From contig JAKABW010000002.1 of assembly GCA_021796535.1 (NCBI GenBank), forward strand, positions 7,699 to 71,698: 64,000 nt of DNA. The letters are read 5' to 3'. Both the position numbers and the translations under genes were made by a program. The notes below the pieces were generated by a model that was not told the DNA's origin, did not search any database, and saw only the letters and a list, made by a program, of their open reading frames with translations. Positions 10,242-20,118 of the stretch are shown one piece after another (position 1 is the stretch's first letter; the number at the start of each line of letters is the position of its first letter). The stretch comes from Actinomycetes bacterium (lineage in GTDB: Bacteria; Actinomycetota; Acidimicrobiia; Acidimicrobiales; Bog-793).

Positions 10242-11546
10242 ATGTCTCCGATCTCGATGTCCGGTTCAGGCGGAAGGCGCAAAGGATCTTCCTATAAGTT
10301 CAGTACTCCTCCGGGGGGCGGAAAACTCAGAAAAGGAGCCATCGCCGTCTCGATTCTTACCGTTGTGGCTCTTGCGGTTATCATAGGGGGAGTGGTCCGC
10401 TATCTCGGGGCGGTTCCCCCGCCGAGCGCCGTCATGGCCAATTTATCCGTTTCTTTCCCGGGTCGGGTCAATCTCAAACTTCCTTCGGGCGACGAGGCAA
10501 CCGTTTCCATCAAAAACTTGGGGGTGGCAGAATCCGTGGGCGGCAATGCGCCGATAGCCATTGCCAGCGTAACCAAGATGATGTCCGCATACATCATCTT
10601 GAAAGATCACCCACTCCTCCTCGGCCAACAAGGTCCTTCGATTACCGTAACCGCTCAAAACGTGAGTACTTATCGTGCCGAGCTCAGCCAAAACGATTCG
10701 GTCGTCGCCGTGAGACAGGGGGAAAAGATTACGGAATTGCAGGCTTTGGAGGCGACGCTCATTCCCTCCGGGGACAACATAGTACAAATGCTGGCTGTTT
10801 GGGATGCCGGTTCTCAAAAGGCGTTTGTGGCAAAGATGAATGCGGAAGCCAAAGTACTCGGTCTCAGTGCCACTCATTACGCCGGACCGAGCGGCGTCAA
10901 TCCCGCCTCTGTTTCCACCGCTTACGATCAGACCAAATTGGCCGATGTAGTGATGAAAAACCCGGTGTTTGCCCAAATAGTGGGGATGCCCCAAACCACT
11001 TTGCCTGTTGCCGGTGTGGTATATAACGTCAACGGCGATCTGGGCAGGAACGGCATAGTGGGGGTCAAAACGGGCTGGGTACCGGCCGGCGGTGCCTCTT
11101 TCGTCTTCGCTACCAACCTGCATCTGCCCGCCTCGATATCCGATGCGACGGGTCCGCTGCAGGCGATCGGCACAATTATGGGTCAACAGGGTGCCGCACC
11201 CATCCCGACTGTTCTGAGCGATGCCCTGAAAATCTCGCCGCAGCTGAGTGCGCTTGTGGTAAGAAAGCAGGTATTGCCGGCCGACAAAACAGTCGGACTG
11301 CTTGAAGCACCGTATGCAAATACCGTCCGGCTTGTCACCACAAAACCGATCACGATGGTGGGATTTCTTGGTGCCAAGTGCCAGGTTAAATTGCTGATAG
11401 CCAAGTCAAGCATCAAAGCTCCCCTTGCCAAAGGGGTACAGGTTGGCGAGGTGGTGTTGCGTCTCGGTTCTGAAGTACGCGAAGTACCCGTCGTAACGGC
11501 GGGGGCACTTTCCGGTCCCTCCTTTGGCTATAAGGTATTGCGATAA
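10242..11546 (+). CDS. D-alanyl-D-alanine carboxypeptidase (peptidase S11, low-molecular-weight PBP)
   Basis: TM anchor, ASVTK (SxxK), PSGDN, GVKTG and a PBP5-like C-terminal domain; start uncertain (TTG 10089 or ATG 10242). Confidence 0.85.
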   Translation: MSPISMSGSGGRRKGSSYKFSTPPGGGKLRKGAIAVSILTVVALAVIIGGVVRYLGAVPPPSAVMANLSVSFPGRVNLKLPSGDEATVSIKNLGVAESVGGNAPIAIASVTKMMSAYIILKDHPLLLGQQGPSITVTAQNVSTYRAELSQNDSVVAVRQGEKITELQALEATLIPSGDNIVQMLAVWDAGSQKAFVAKMNAEAKVLGLSATHYAGPSGVNPASVSTAYDQTKLADVVMKNPVFAQIVGMPQTTLPVAGVVYNVNGDLGRNGIVGVKTGWVPAGGASFVFATNLHLPASISDATGPLQAIGTIMGQQGAAPIPTVLSDALKISPQLSALVVRKQVLPADKTVGLLEAPYANTVRLVTTKPITMVGFLGAKCQVKLLIAKSSIKAPLAKGVQVGEVVLRLGSEVREVPVVTAGALSGPSFGYKVLR

Positions 11547-11648
11547 ATTCCACCGGTCTTTTGGTGTCCGGTAAAATATGAGGTAAGTGCGAAATTTTTT
11601 GGCTAAATTCCCAATGCGAAGCCGTATTTTTATTAGTCTTTTCTAGAT

Positions 11649-13037
11649 ATGGAACTGTTCCGATCGCCAAGCGGCACCAGAGACTGGTTGCCTCCGGATT
11701 CTGAGCGAATGGCATATTTAATTTCTGCCTTTGCCGCTCAGGTGGAGCTTGCCAATTATCGCCTCGTGTTGAGCCCCATGTTTGAAGACTCCGGCGTGTT
11801 CGTGCGCGGAGTGGGGGATGAGAGCGAAGTTGTCACCAAAGAAATGTATGATTTTACCGACAAAGGAGGTCGCAGTCTGGCCTTGCGTCCGGAAGGTACG
11901 GCTTCTGTGGTGAGAGCTTTTTTGCAGCACAACCCCCCCGTGCCTTTTAAGGCATGGTATGTCGGACCGTCTTTTCGCTATGAAAGACCACAGGCCGGTC
12001 GCTACCGTCAGCACCACCAAGTCGGCATCGAAGCTCTCGGTCCGAAAGATCCCTATTTGGACTTTGAAGTCATTTCCATGTTGATGAACTGGTTCTTTTC
12101 TCTGGGACTGCGGGATTTGGTGCTCAAGCTCAATTCTCTGGGGGACGATAACTGCAGACCGCCATACGTAAGAGAATTGAGCTCTTATTTAGAGAAAAAT
12201 CAAAATCTGTTATGTGTGGAGCATCAACAACGTTGGCAGGTCAATCCCTTGAGAGTGCTGGACTGTAAAAAAGAAGAATGTATCGCAGTAAAAGAAAATG
12301 CCCCCAAGATAAAAAACAGTCTTTGCCCGGAGTGTTCAATGCACTTTGAGACTCTTTTGTCCTGCCTTGATGAGCACAAAATAGATTATGTACTGGATGA
12401 TTATCTTGTCAGAGGTTTGGATTACTACACCAGGACCACTTTTGAGGTGGCCTGCGCTTCACTCGAATCGTCGCAAAATGCCATAGGCGGCGGCGGAAGA
12501 TACGATAATTTGGCCAAAGCTCTCGGCGGAAACGATACCCCGGGGATCGGATTTGCCTCCGGTCTGGAAAGAGTCTTATTGGCTTGCGAAACCCAGGGCA
12601 TCCTCTTACCGGCGGTTCCCTCACCGAAAGTATTCCTTGCAGATATCACGGGCGGGGGCAAAGCCGCTCATATGATTCATGTTTTGAGGACTCTTGGGAT
12701 AGCCTGCGACAGAGCTTTTGACAACAGGTCGCTGAAATCCCAGTTGCGCCAGGCGGACAAGTCGGGGGCAATATTGGCTATTGTGGTCGGGGAGAAGGAA
12801 AAAGAAGCAAATTGCGTTCAGCTTAAGTGGCTTTTTCCGGGAGACAAAGACCGCTTTATTCAACTCCTGACCGTAGCGGCAGATTCTTCTCGGGATGCGG
12901 GAACAAACGGCCGGATTTTTTCGCCGGAATCGGATGAACCGGAGAAACGTGACATTATCGAACGGTATCGTTTATCCGATGTGCTTCCCGAAGATCTGGC
13001 CTATTCGGCAATAAAAGAGTTTTTTCGTAACGCCTGA
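11649..13037 (+). CDS. hisS: Histidine--tRNA ligase
   Basis: GTRD, LRPEGTASVVR, FRYERPQAGRYRQH, LVRGLDYYT and GGGRYD motifs. Confidence 0.97.
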   Translation: MELFRSPSGTRDWLPPDSERMAYLISAFAAQVELANYRLVLSPMFEDSGVFVRGVGDESEVVTKEMYDFTDKGGRSLALRPEGTASVVRAFLQHNPPVPFKAWYVGPSFRYERPQAGRYRQHHQVGIEALGPKDPYLDFEVISMLMNWFFSLGLRDLVLKLNSLGDDNCRPPYVRELSSYLEKNQNLLCVEHQQRWQVNPLRVLDCKKEECIAVKENAPKIKNSLCPECSMHFETLLSCLDEHKIDYVLDDYLVRGLDYYTRTTFEVACASLESSQNAIGGGGRYDNLAKALGGNDTPGIGFASGLERVLLACETQGILLPAVPSPKVFLADITGGGKAAHMIHVLRTLGIACDRAFDNRSLKSQLRQADKSGAILAIVVGEKEKEANCVQLKWLFPGDKDRFIQLLTVAADSSRDAGTNGRIFSPESDEPEKRDIIERYRLSDVLPEDLAYSAIKEFFRNA

Positions 13038-13232
13038 CAGCTCTCCGGCGGGCAGTTGCAAAACCGTGTCCGATATTCAATGACGTACCGGAAAGAATTG
13101 ACAAGTTCCAGAACCTCTTCCAAAGAGTAAAAGAAAGCTCGGCGCCGCAACCGACACGGGAGAGTCATTTCGCGACTTTGAGAGTCTTTGGCAAAGGGTG
13201 TTACCGCGGCCTTTTGTCGGCGGCAGTTACGC

Positions 13233-15143
13233 TCAGCCGCCCTGTTGCAAGTACTGGTTTTGCTGGGAAAAAATAGGTGCACCCAGGAAGCGCAGGACAT
13301 TATTGGCGACTTGATAGAAGGTGATGTTGATTCCGTCTTTCAAGATGACGTTTTGTTCGGCATAGATTTGTGCATCTATCGTTGTCGAGTTACCGCTCGC
13401 GAAAGTTCCCGAAGTCCAGAAGAAAGGATGCACATTATTTATCGTGACCCCACCGCCGGTTACAACAAACTTCAGTGCGGCAGTGGATGGGCTTGTGCTG
13501 GCAGTGGGCTGATTCGGATAAGCAACGAGTGAGAATGTCGGAGGAGACGGTAAATTTGACGTCATTGTCAAACTGTTATTTTCACCAAAGTCTATGGAGT
13601 TGGCAAATATTGCCACATTGCTTCCCAACGTGAAGGTGCCGCCCGTTACGGCAAGGGCACATGCCGGGGCGTAAATGGTCATTGTCGTTATGGGAGATAC
13701 CGACTGATCAATCAAATATCCCAACAGAGATTGTGTGCCGCCGACGTTCGGATCATTCAAGCCGCCAGAGTTCGAAAGCACCGACGGCCAGTTGTAAATA
13801 AGTACCTGATTTTGATTCGGCAAAGAATTCAGGTATTTAGATACGGATTCGGAGGTTGTGGCAGTGCCTGAGCTCACCGTTATGTCAAGACCGCTGTTGT
13901 AGGTAAACGAGTTTCCTGAATTGGATGTGGAAAACGATATGGTGCCAGAATCCTGCTTGAAATTGTAAGGTGACGACTTGGTTCCCTGCCCCGTTGTGTC
14001 AAGATTGGAGCAGGCACCGGGGGGAACAATGACTATGGGATCAGAAGTATTGTTTGAGCTGACCGGTATGGGCTGGGGAGCCGGTTGATGCTGGTTGACC
14101 AAATTGACGGTCGGCGGCCCGGGGTTCTTGACTATTGTTCCGCCGCTGGCCCCGCCGGTCACAGAAACCTGCTTCCCGTAGTATGTGGTTATTCCTTTAA
14201 GGACTCTGGCGCCTCCGTAAAGGTTAACACCGGACGAGCTGGTTCCGTCATAGTAGGAAGTTATTTGGTTGATGGTATTTCCGTCATTTTCGAAATTGAC
14301 GATGCCGTTGCTGTATACGCATCCGTATATGACGGTTCCGCCTTGGAAAGTTGTGCTTCCCGAGCCGCCTATATAATCGTTTGCCCCGGTCCCCGAATTG
14401 CAGGCCGCATTTTTTGCACCGGTGCTGCCGAGTATGAAGGTTCCGGATCCTCTGATGGTGTTGGAATACAGATTCGGTTGTATCTGACCCGCGCCGGGCA
14501 ATACCGTGACGTCACCTTTTACTATAAAGCTGTTTCCGGCATAGATGGCATAATTTGGCAGGGTGGCGGCGGTGTCCGTAATGGATGCGGTGGCCACCGT
14601 GGTTGCCTGGTATCTGGAGTTCTTGGGATTGTTGCCGTTGGTGCCCAACCACCCCGTGGAGTATATGACGGCTTTGACCGGAGTGGACGCAGTCGGTCCG
14701 ACTGTGCTTCCCGAATTGGATGCAAGGGTATAAGTGCCTTTCCCGGGGGGAATTGCACAATTGCCGATCGGCGTGCCGTTGCTGTCCTCGTAAACTATGT
14801 TTGTGACGTAGTGTTCCGTCGCTCCGCCGGAATTTGCTATTGAACCGCTGCTTTCGCAGGGGTAGTTGCTGTAGTTCGGCGCTCCGGATTTTCCGGTGGC
14901 GTTGAGATTCGATATCGTTGCGTCAATTCCGGCTTGCGAGGCAAGTTGTGCGGTGGAATTGCCGTAGTAGGATCCGGACAGACCCACGGAAGAATTGGTC
15001 GAATTGAGTGTTGCCAATGTGAGTATGGTAAGCAACAAAACTATTGCCAATACCAATATCAGTGCACTGCCGCTTTCCGGTTCGTTATGCAGCTTATACG
15101 ATAGCCTGGATAAACCGTTTTTATGACGCTCGGTGCTCATCAT
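13233..15143 (-). CDS. Large PilX-like minor pilin / putative tip adhesin (paralog 1)
   Basis: Class III signal EPESG|SALILVLAIVLLL lacking Glu5; long G/S/T/N-rich beta-strand C-terminal region; start uncertain (15140-15173; GGGAG favours 15143). Confidence 0.75.
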   Translation of the reverse strand: MMSTERHKNGLSRLSYKLHNEPESGSALILVLAIVLLLTILTLATLNSTNSSVGLSGSYYGNSTAQLASQAGIDATISNLNATGKSGAPNYSNYPCESSGSIANSGGATEHYVTNIVYEDSNGTPIGNCAIPPGKGTYTLASNSGSTVGPTASTPVKAVIYSTGWLGTNGNNPKNSRYQATTVATASITDTAATLPNYAIYAGNSFIVKGDVTVLPGAGQIQPNLYSNTIRGSGTFILGSTGAKNAACNSGTGANDYIGGSGSTTFQGGTVIYGCVYSNGIVNFENDGNTINQITSYYDGTSSSGVNLYGGARVLKGITTYYGKQVSVTGGASGGTIVKNPGPPTVNLVNQHQPAPQPIPVSSNNTSDPIVIVPPGACSNLDTTGQGTKSSPYNFKQDSGTISFSTSNSGNSFTYNSGLDITVSSGTATTSESVSKYLNSLPNQNQVLIYNWPSVLSNSGGLNDPNVGGTQSLLGYLIDQSVSPITTMTIYAPACALAVTGGTFTLGSNVAIFANSIDFGENNSLTMTSNLPSPPTFSLVAYPNQPTASTSPSTAALKFVVTGGGVTINNVHPFFWTSGTFASGNSTTIDAQIYAEQNVILKDGINITFYQVANNVLRFLGAPIFSQQNQYLQQGG

Positions 15144-15307
15144 TTCTGTCATCTCCCGCATAGTCGGATGCAACCCAAGATTGATGGTGAAAGTATATCA
15201 TTTTAATTGCAATGTGAGAATATCATTATTTATCTTTTCTGTGCCTCTCGTCGGATTATGCCGACAAGGAATTGCGGTACCGGTAACGCCTCGGTATTTC
15301 GGGTACG

Positions 15308-15345
15308 TCAAAAAGACCCACGGGGTATCTTTCCCATGGGCTTAT
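15308..15345 (-). terminator. Intrinsic terminator after the pilW-like gene
   Basis: Minus strand GCCCAUGGG-aaagauac-CCCGUGGGU then CUUUUU. Confidence 0.7.
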
Positions 15346-15352
15346 TTGTATA

Positions 15353-16150
15353 TCAGGGACAAGTCGCGGTGGAAGGCGGCGTAGTGGAAGTCCCGGAAGA
15401 GGATGTGGACTGGGGGTTGGTATTCAGAGCCGCGACATTGTTAGTCATATTGACAATATTGGTCGGCAAACCGTTTGAGGCAAGCCGTGCTTTGAAAATA
15501 GAACCGACATACAGATTCGTGGTAAGCACATCCGGTCCGTTGCCGGAAGTCGCCAGACTAAACGTCGGAGCATTTTTTTGACTGTTGTATACGGGCTGGA
15601 CGATCGGCGCAAAAGCAGTGTTATTTGGGGGTGTAATCCCGTTGGTTCCGGTGCCTGCGGATGCCGACCAAACTCTCCAGTAAAGTATGTTGTCGGAAAC
15701 CGGTGTGCTGTTGGGAGCCGTCGTGGCGGCGGCAGGCTGCGGGATGACAAACTCAACCCACTCCGGGTTTGCGGGGCCGTTGAAGGCATCGCTTTCGGCA
15801 AGTACGGCATTGCCCGAACTGCCGACAATATATGAATTCTGATCCGTGTTAGTGGAAGGCAATACCGTATTGGCCGGCGGTATACACACGAATGTAGACG
15901 AAGCAAGATAATTGTCAATTGTCTGGATTCCGACAGATGCCGAACTCGTTCCGAAAGAGAGCTGTTGGGATGTGGTGTTGGCCGTATTTGTAGCCATGAG
16001 GAGAGGAGGTACGACGGATACCACGATCAAAGTCAGAATTAATGTCATTACCAACTCAATAAGGGTAGTGCCCCTTTCGTCGGAGGCAAACCTTTTCGTT
16101 ATGCTCTTTATGCCGTCCGCGCCGAGAAATTTTAGAGTGTCATTGCGCAA
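15353..16150 (-). CDS. PilW-like minor pilin
   Basis: DERG|TTLIELVMTLILTLIV prepilin motif with Glu5; overlaps the stop of the pilV-like gene. Confidence 0.8.
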   Translation of the reverse strand: MRNDTLKFLGADGIKSITKRFASDERGTTLIELVMTLILTLIVVSVVPPLLMATNTANTTSQQLSFGTSSASVGIQTIDNYLASSTFVCIPPANTVLPSTNTDQNSYIVGSSGNAVLAESDAFNGPANPEWVEFVIPQPAAATTAPNSTPVSDNILYWRVWSASAGTGTNGITPPNNTAFAPIVQPVYNSQKNAPTFSLATSGNGPDVLTTNLYVGSIFKARLASNGLPTNIVNMTNNVAALNTNPQSTSSSGTSTTPPSTATCP

Positions 16151-16598
16151 TTTGAGTCGCTCCGTTAACGTAATAGGTGGTGCCTTTGTTTTGCCATGAT
16201 ACTTTGACAGAGATCATATAAAGCCCCGATGTCGACGAAGTCTTTGTCGTTGAGGAAGTGGCTGCGGATGTGACGGAATAGTTTACCGTATATGAAATAC
16301 CGTCGACGGTTTGAGGGGATGTTATATGCAGGGACGGGGCACCGTTATACCCGGCGGCCTCCGCTTGGGCAATGGTGGCAGTCATGATGCTTGTGGCAGT
16401 GGAGTGTTCTTTTGCGAAAAGGCTTACCGAAAGAGAGGCCAGGTTGGCGCTGAGCAACATCGTGGCAAATATAAACAGGATCACTGCCGCCACAACTACT
16501 TCTATTAACCCAAAACCGTCTTCAGAATCCTTTGCATGCCATTTTGCTTTGCAAAATTGCCGTAAGGTTCTTTTGTTGACACCTGCTCTTATGTCCAT
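16140..16598 (-). CDS. PilV-like minor pilin
   Basis: SEDG|FGLIEVVVAAVIL motif; C-terminal ISVKVSW typical of PilV/GspI-like pilins. Confidence 0.82.
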   Translation of the reverse strand: MDIRAGVNKRTLRQFCKAKWHAKDSEDGFGLIEVVVAAVILFIFATMLLSANLASLSVSLFAKEHSTATSIMTATIAQAEAAGYNGAPSLHITSPQTVDGISYTVNYSVTSAATSSTTKTSSTSGLYMISVKVSWQNKGTTYYVNGATQIAQ

Positions 16599-16769
16599 GT
16601 GATTACACTACCTCTGAGTGGCGTACCTTATTCGATAAACAATGCCATTTAATAATATGGCAATTAAAATAACAATTCAATACAAATAACACTATATTTC
16701 CGTTGAGGCACCAAATTGTCTGTTTCTCACTCGGCACGGCGCGTTACGTACGGGTTGTAACTTCCGGCA

Positions 16770-18494
16770 TCAGCCCTCTATCAGGTATTCGTCGTTTATT
16801 ACCGCTCCGGAGGTATTTCCCCAGATGAGACTGGAATTACTGATTGGAGAAAAAGTCATGCTGAAATCTCCACCCGTTTGCTCCACGCCGGAGCAGGCAA
16901 AAATTTGCCCCGTTATCGTCGTCTGGTTGCCGTAGCTGACGCTTCCTGACGTATAGATAAACAGCGATATGTTGTGAGTCTGTACGTCTCCGCTTCCCGC
17001 GATCGTTACCGTTGTGCCGGTGTTTCCGAGGCCGCTACAGCCGTTGTTGGCGGTATAAGGCGAAGAAAGTCCGGCGATAATGGTGAAGGAAAGAGGCGTG
17101 CTGGCTCCGGGGGCAAGGGAGGATGCCGCCTGTATCGATAACGTACCCCCCCCGTTTCCTCCGTCCGCCGTAAAGTTGGCTACTTCGAGAGTGACGTTTG
17201 TATTCAGATTGACGGTTGAAAAAAGTATTCCCGACGCTATTGTACAGGTGGGAGCGTCTATTACCAGAGATGAAGAAGTCGCGTTGGCGATATCGTATAA
17301 AAAGGTGCCGGTTGTGGCGGATTTGGTAAAGAAGCTGGCACATGAGCCAGTTGTTCCGCCTCCCGTGGAAGGTACCGTAATCGTTTGGCTGGAGCTGCTG
17401 ATTGTCGGAGGATTGGGGAAAGACGGTATGGAAGGAGGTATGCCGCCGACCGGCTGATGACTCACACCGCCTCTGAACCAATCGGCGGAAGTGCCCCAAC
17501 TGGGGTAGCTGGCGCTGTTGGATACATATGAGACTCCGTCCACGAAATTGGTGCCGGCGCTGGCCGCCATGATGTTGCCTTCCGTGGTCGAACCTTTTGG
17601 ACCCGTGGCGGTGGCGGTTCCCCATATTGCACCGCTGCTTGGGCCGCCGTAGAGTTGGATCGATCCGTTGTAGGCACCGGCATTGCCTTTTACATAGGAG
17701 CTTCCCCCTATGTAAATGCCGCTGCTTCCCCCGTTGAAGCTGGCGGCATTTCCTTCGATTATGGAATTGCCGCTCTTTCCGAGAGACAAAGCTCCCATGG
17801 CGACAAAATTACCGGCTATCGTGCAATTCCCTAGGGATGCGGGACCATTGATCAAAACGTCAGCCGCATTGTTTACGTTGCCGTTGCATATTATATTTTG
17901 GGCAAATACGGACGGCAGGACGCCGTTTGCCGAAGGCGACAAAGAGTTGGAGTTGGTTGCATCAAAGGTGCCGTCCGTAAAAATGGCGTACCCCATGAGA
18001 CTGCCGGGCATGGAGGAAATTAGAAAATCGGCCTTCATTTCGGCGGATTGGGTTTTACTTCCTATGGAATCCTGGCCGTAGGAAGTAACGGTGGCTTTGA
18101 CGGGGGAGGGAGCCGAAGGCCCCAGCGTCGTTGACGTTCCGGAGCTGCCGCCGCAAGTTTCAGCCGTGGTACTTCCGGAACTCGCAAAGTATTCCACGGA
18201 CACTTGATACACGGAAGAGACCCCGGAGCTGTTTAAAGTCCCGGACTCTGTGCAGGGGTAGCCGCTGCTTTGAGGTGCGGAGTTGATTTGATTGAGAACC
18301 TGGCTTATGCCGGCATTGGCGGTCAGCTCGGCTTGAGAGGTGTTGGTATAGTCGAGGCTGTTGGCCGTGGCATTGCTGCTTACGCTGAGCCCCATGATTG
18401 AGGCGGCGGCCATCAGAGTGCCTATAATAAGCACCAGTATCAAAACACTGCCGTCATCCTGATTGTGGTGACGTGAAGCAACATGAGAGCGCAT
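16770..18494 (-). CDS. Large PilX-like minor pilin / putative tip adhesin (paralog 2)
   Basis: QDDG|SVLILVLIIG lacking Glu5; shares YPC..SG, PVKA...S.G and YAI(F/Y) blocks with paralog 1; Gly/Ser/Thr-rich repeats. Confidence 0.75.
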   Translation of the reverse strand: MRSHVASRHHNQDDGSVLILVLIIGTLMAAASIMGLSVSSNATANSLDYTNTSQAELTANAGISQVLNQINSAPQSSGYPCTESGTLNSSGVSSVYQVSVEYFASSGSTTAETCGGSSGTSTTLGPSAPSPVKATVTSYGQDSIGSKTQSAEMKADFLISSMPGSLMGYAIFTDGTFDATNSNSLSPSANGVLPSVFAQNIICNGNVNNAADVLINGPASLGNCTIAGNFVAMGALSLGKSGNSIIEGNAASFNGGSSGIYIGGSSYVKGNAGAYNGSIQLYGGPSSGAIWGTATATGPKGSTTEGNIMAASAGTNFVDGVSYVSNSASYPSWGTSADWFRGGVSHQPVGGIPPSIPSFPNPPTISSSSQTITVPSTGGGTTGSCASFFTKSATTGTFLYDIANATSSSLVIDAPTCTIASGILFSTVNLNTNVTLEVANFTADGGNGGGTLSIQAASSLAPGASTPLSFTIIAGLSSPYTANNGCSGLGNTGTTVTIAGSGDVQTHNISLFIYTSGSVSYGNQTTITGQIFACSGVEQTGGDFSMTFSPISNSSLIWGNTSGAVINDEYLIEG

Positions 18495-19322
18495 AGTCTT
18501 ATTATATCACTTTAAGTATTTATATGACTACTAAAAGTGGTTAAATTATTCTTTTTTATCGTCCTTCATTGTGTTGAAACATTCATTGGCTTTGCCAACA
18601 ACAGCGGTTGCGGTTCCGGAAGCCCGTCGTGCATTGTGGTTGGGCTACCGTACATTTATTTGCCAGGCACGTGACTTTGTGTTACCGCACCGGCCAAACC
18701 TGTAAAGATTCAAACGACTTCCAATGATGCCCGTCAATGCGGTCCTCGGTGACCTCGCGCCTTACCTGAGCGTACGTCGACTTTTTCTGGCGGATGCCGG
18801 TTTTTGTAAGTCATGGCAGATCTCACAGGCGGGTACGCACATCTTTTTTTCCGCTCGGTGTTTTCCTGTCGTTTGTAATCCAAGGCCGTTTCCGTATTCT
18901 GTCTCGGCATCATATCGCCTTTTACAATCCATAAGCCGTTTTGAATACGAAAGTTGCTTCGCTTGTTCGAATTCCAAAAACGGTCCGGTGGATTCGCATT
19001 AATAAATTTTTACTGCATGAAGATTATGGATAACTGCCTCTTTTGCTATACAAAGATCAGATGCCGTGACAGAAAAGGTTTTTATGTCGAAAAGTCAAGC
19101 TTTGGTCTACTTTATGCCATTTTGCAAGGAGTTATTAAATCAGAAAATACCGGTACGGCTTGCATGCGGCCTTCTTTTACTCCAATCCCATTTTGTCGCT
19201 GTAACTATAGCGGCATGAAAAATGTTTCCGAGTCAAAAAAATAAACCGATACAGCAAGCTCAGAGAAGGAAAATATGTTTCCGGCCGGAAAATAAAAAAT
19301 ACTACTTTATGAATAATTTTAC

Positions 19323-19351
19323 TTGCGCATTGTGTTTTTAGTTGTTATAGT
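19323..19351 (+). promoter_or_regulatory. Housekeeping-sigma promoter candidate for pilA
   Basis: TTGCGC-17 bp-TATAGT with an extended -10 TG. Confidence 0.55.
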
Positions 19352-19448
19352 CAATATCAGTTATTTATGCTGATTGTAAAAAGGTTTTACCCAGATATAC
19401 GGCGTGAATACATATGAGATGTCATATCAATACAAAAGAAAGGAATAA

Positions 19449-20051
19449 ATGACAATGTCTCAGTCACTTCTAAGAAAGCAGCGTTGGCTGCATTCTCGTC
19501 TTAGCGAGAGCAAAGAAGAAGGTGAAGAAGGTTTTACGCTGATTGAACTTTTAATCGTTCTTCTGATTATAGGTATTTTGTTGGCAATAGCCATCCCGAC
19601 ATACCTGTCAGTAGTAGGCTCAGCCAGCTCAAGGACCGCTGCCACGAACCTTCAAACAGCCATAACGGCAGCTGATGCCGCCGCTACAGCGAACGGCGAT
19701 GTACTGCCCACTGGCAAAGCTTTGCTGGCTGCCTTCAACAACCAAGGCGATGGTATCCAATGGAACTCTGGGGCAGCTGCTAAGATCAACACCAATGAAA
19801 TAAGTTATGCCGAGGGAGGTAATGGCCAATATATAATTTTTGAAGCCGCCGGTGCCAACAACACTTGTGAATACGCTGCGGCAGTGTACGCTGCAAATGT
19901 AGTCACACAATTCCCCACGCCGGGTACTTACTACAATATCTCTACCATTGCCTCAGGAAGCACAGGAACCGCAGCCACTTGCACGGCCGCCGCCCCACCT
20001 GCGATCACCAGTGGATGGTCACAAAACAGTAATACCCTAGGTAATTCTTAG
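19449..20051 (+). CDS. pilA: Type IV major pilin
   Basis: 28-aa leader, EEG|FTLIELLIVLLIIGILLAIAIPTY; two C-terminal Cys; AAGGA RBS; own promoter and terminator. Confidence 0.92.
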   Translation: MTMSQSLLRKQRWLHSRLSESKEEGEEGFTLIELLIVLLIIGILLAIAIPTYLSVVGSASSRTAATNLQTAITAADAAATANGDVLPTGKALLAAFNNQGDGIQWNSGAAAKINTNEISYAEGGNGQYIIFEAAGANNTCEYAAAVYAANVVTQFPTPGTYYNISTIASGSTGTAATCTAAAPPAITSGWSQNSNTLGNS

Positions 20052-20081
20052 CAAAAAGCGCTAAAAACTTTTAGCCTTTTC

Positions 20082-20118
20082 AAAAGAGCTCCGTGCGAAA
20101 GCGCGGGGCTCTTTTTTT
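20082..20118 (+). terminator. Intrinsic terminator after pilA
   Basis: AAAAGAGCTCCGTGC-GAAA-GCGCGGGGCTCTTTTTTT. Confidence 0.9.

Noticed and set aside
13233-18494. Diversity-generating retroelement or shufflon acting on the PilX-like genes
   Set aside because: No reverse transcriptase, template/variable repeat pair or invertible repeat sites; the paralogs are similar only at protein-motif level
18495-19448. c-di-GMP riboswitch or silent pilin cassettes near pilA
   Set aside because: No GGCAAAC..GAAA..GACGCAAA-type core and no pilA-like sequence recognised on either strand
19449-20051. PilA as an electrically conductive e-pilin
   Set aside because: I count 13 F/Y/W in 172 mature residues (~7.6%), with a >40-aa aromatic-free gap after Y24; this is below the usual e-pilin criteria
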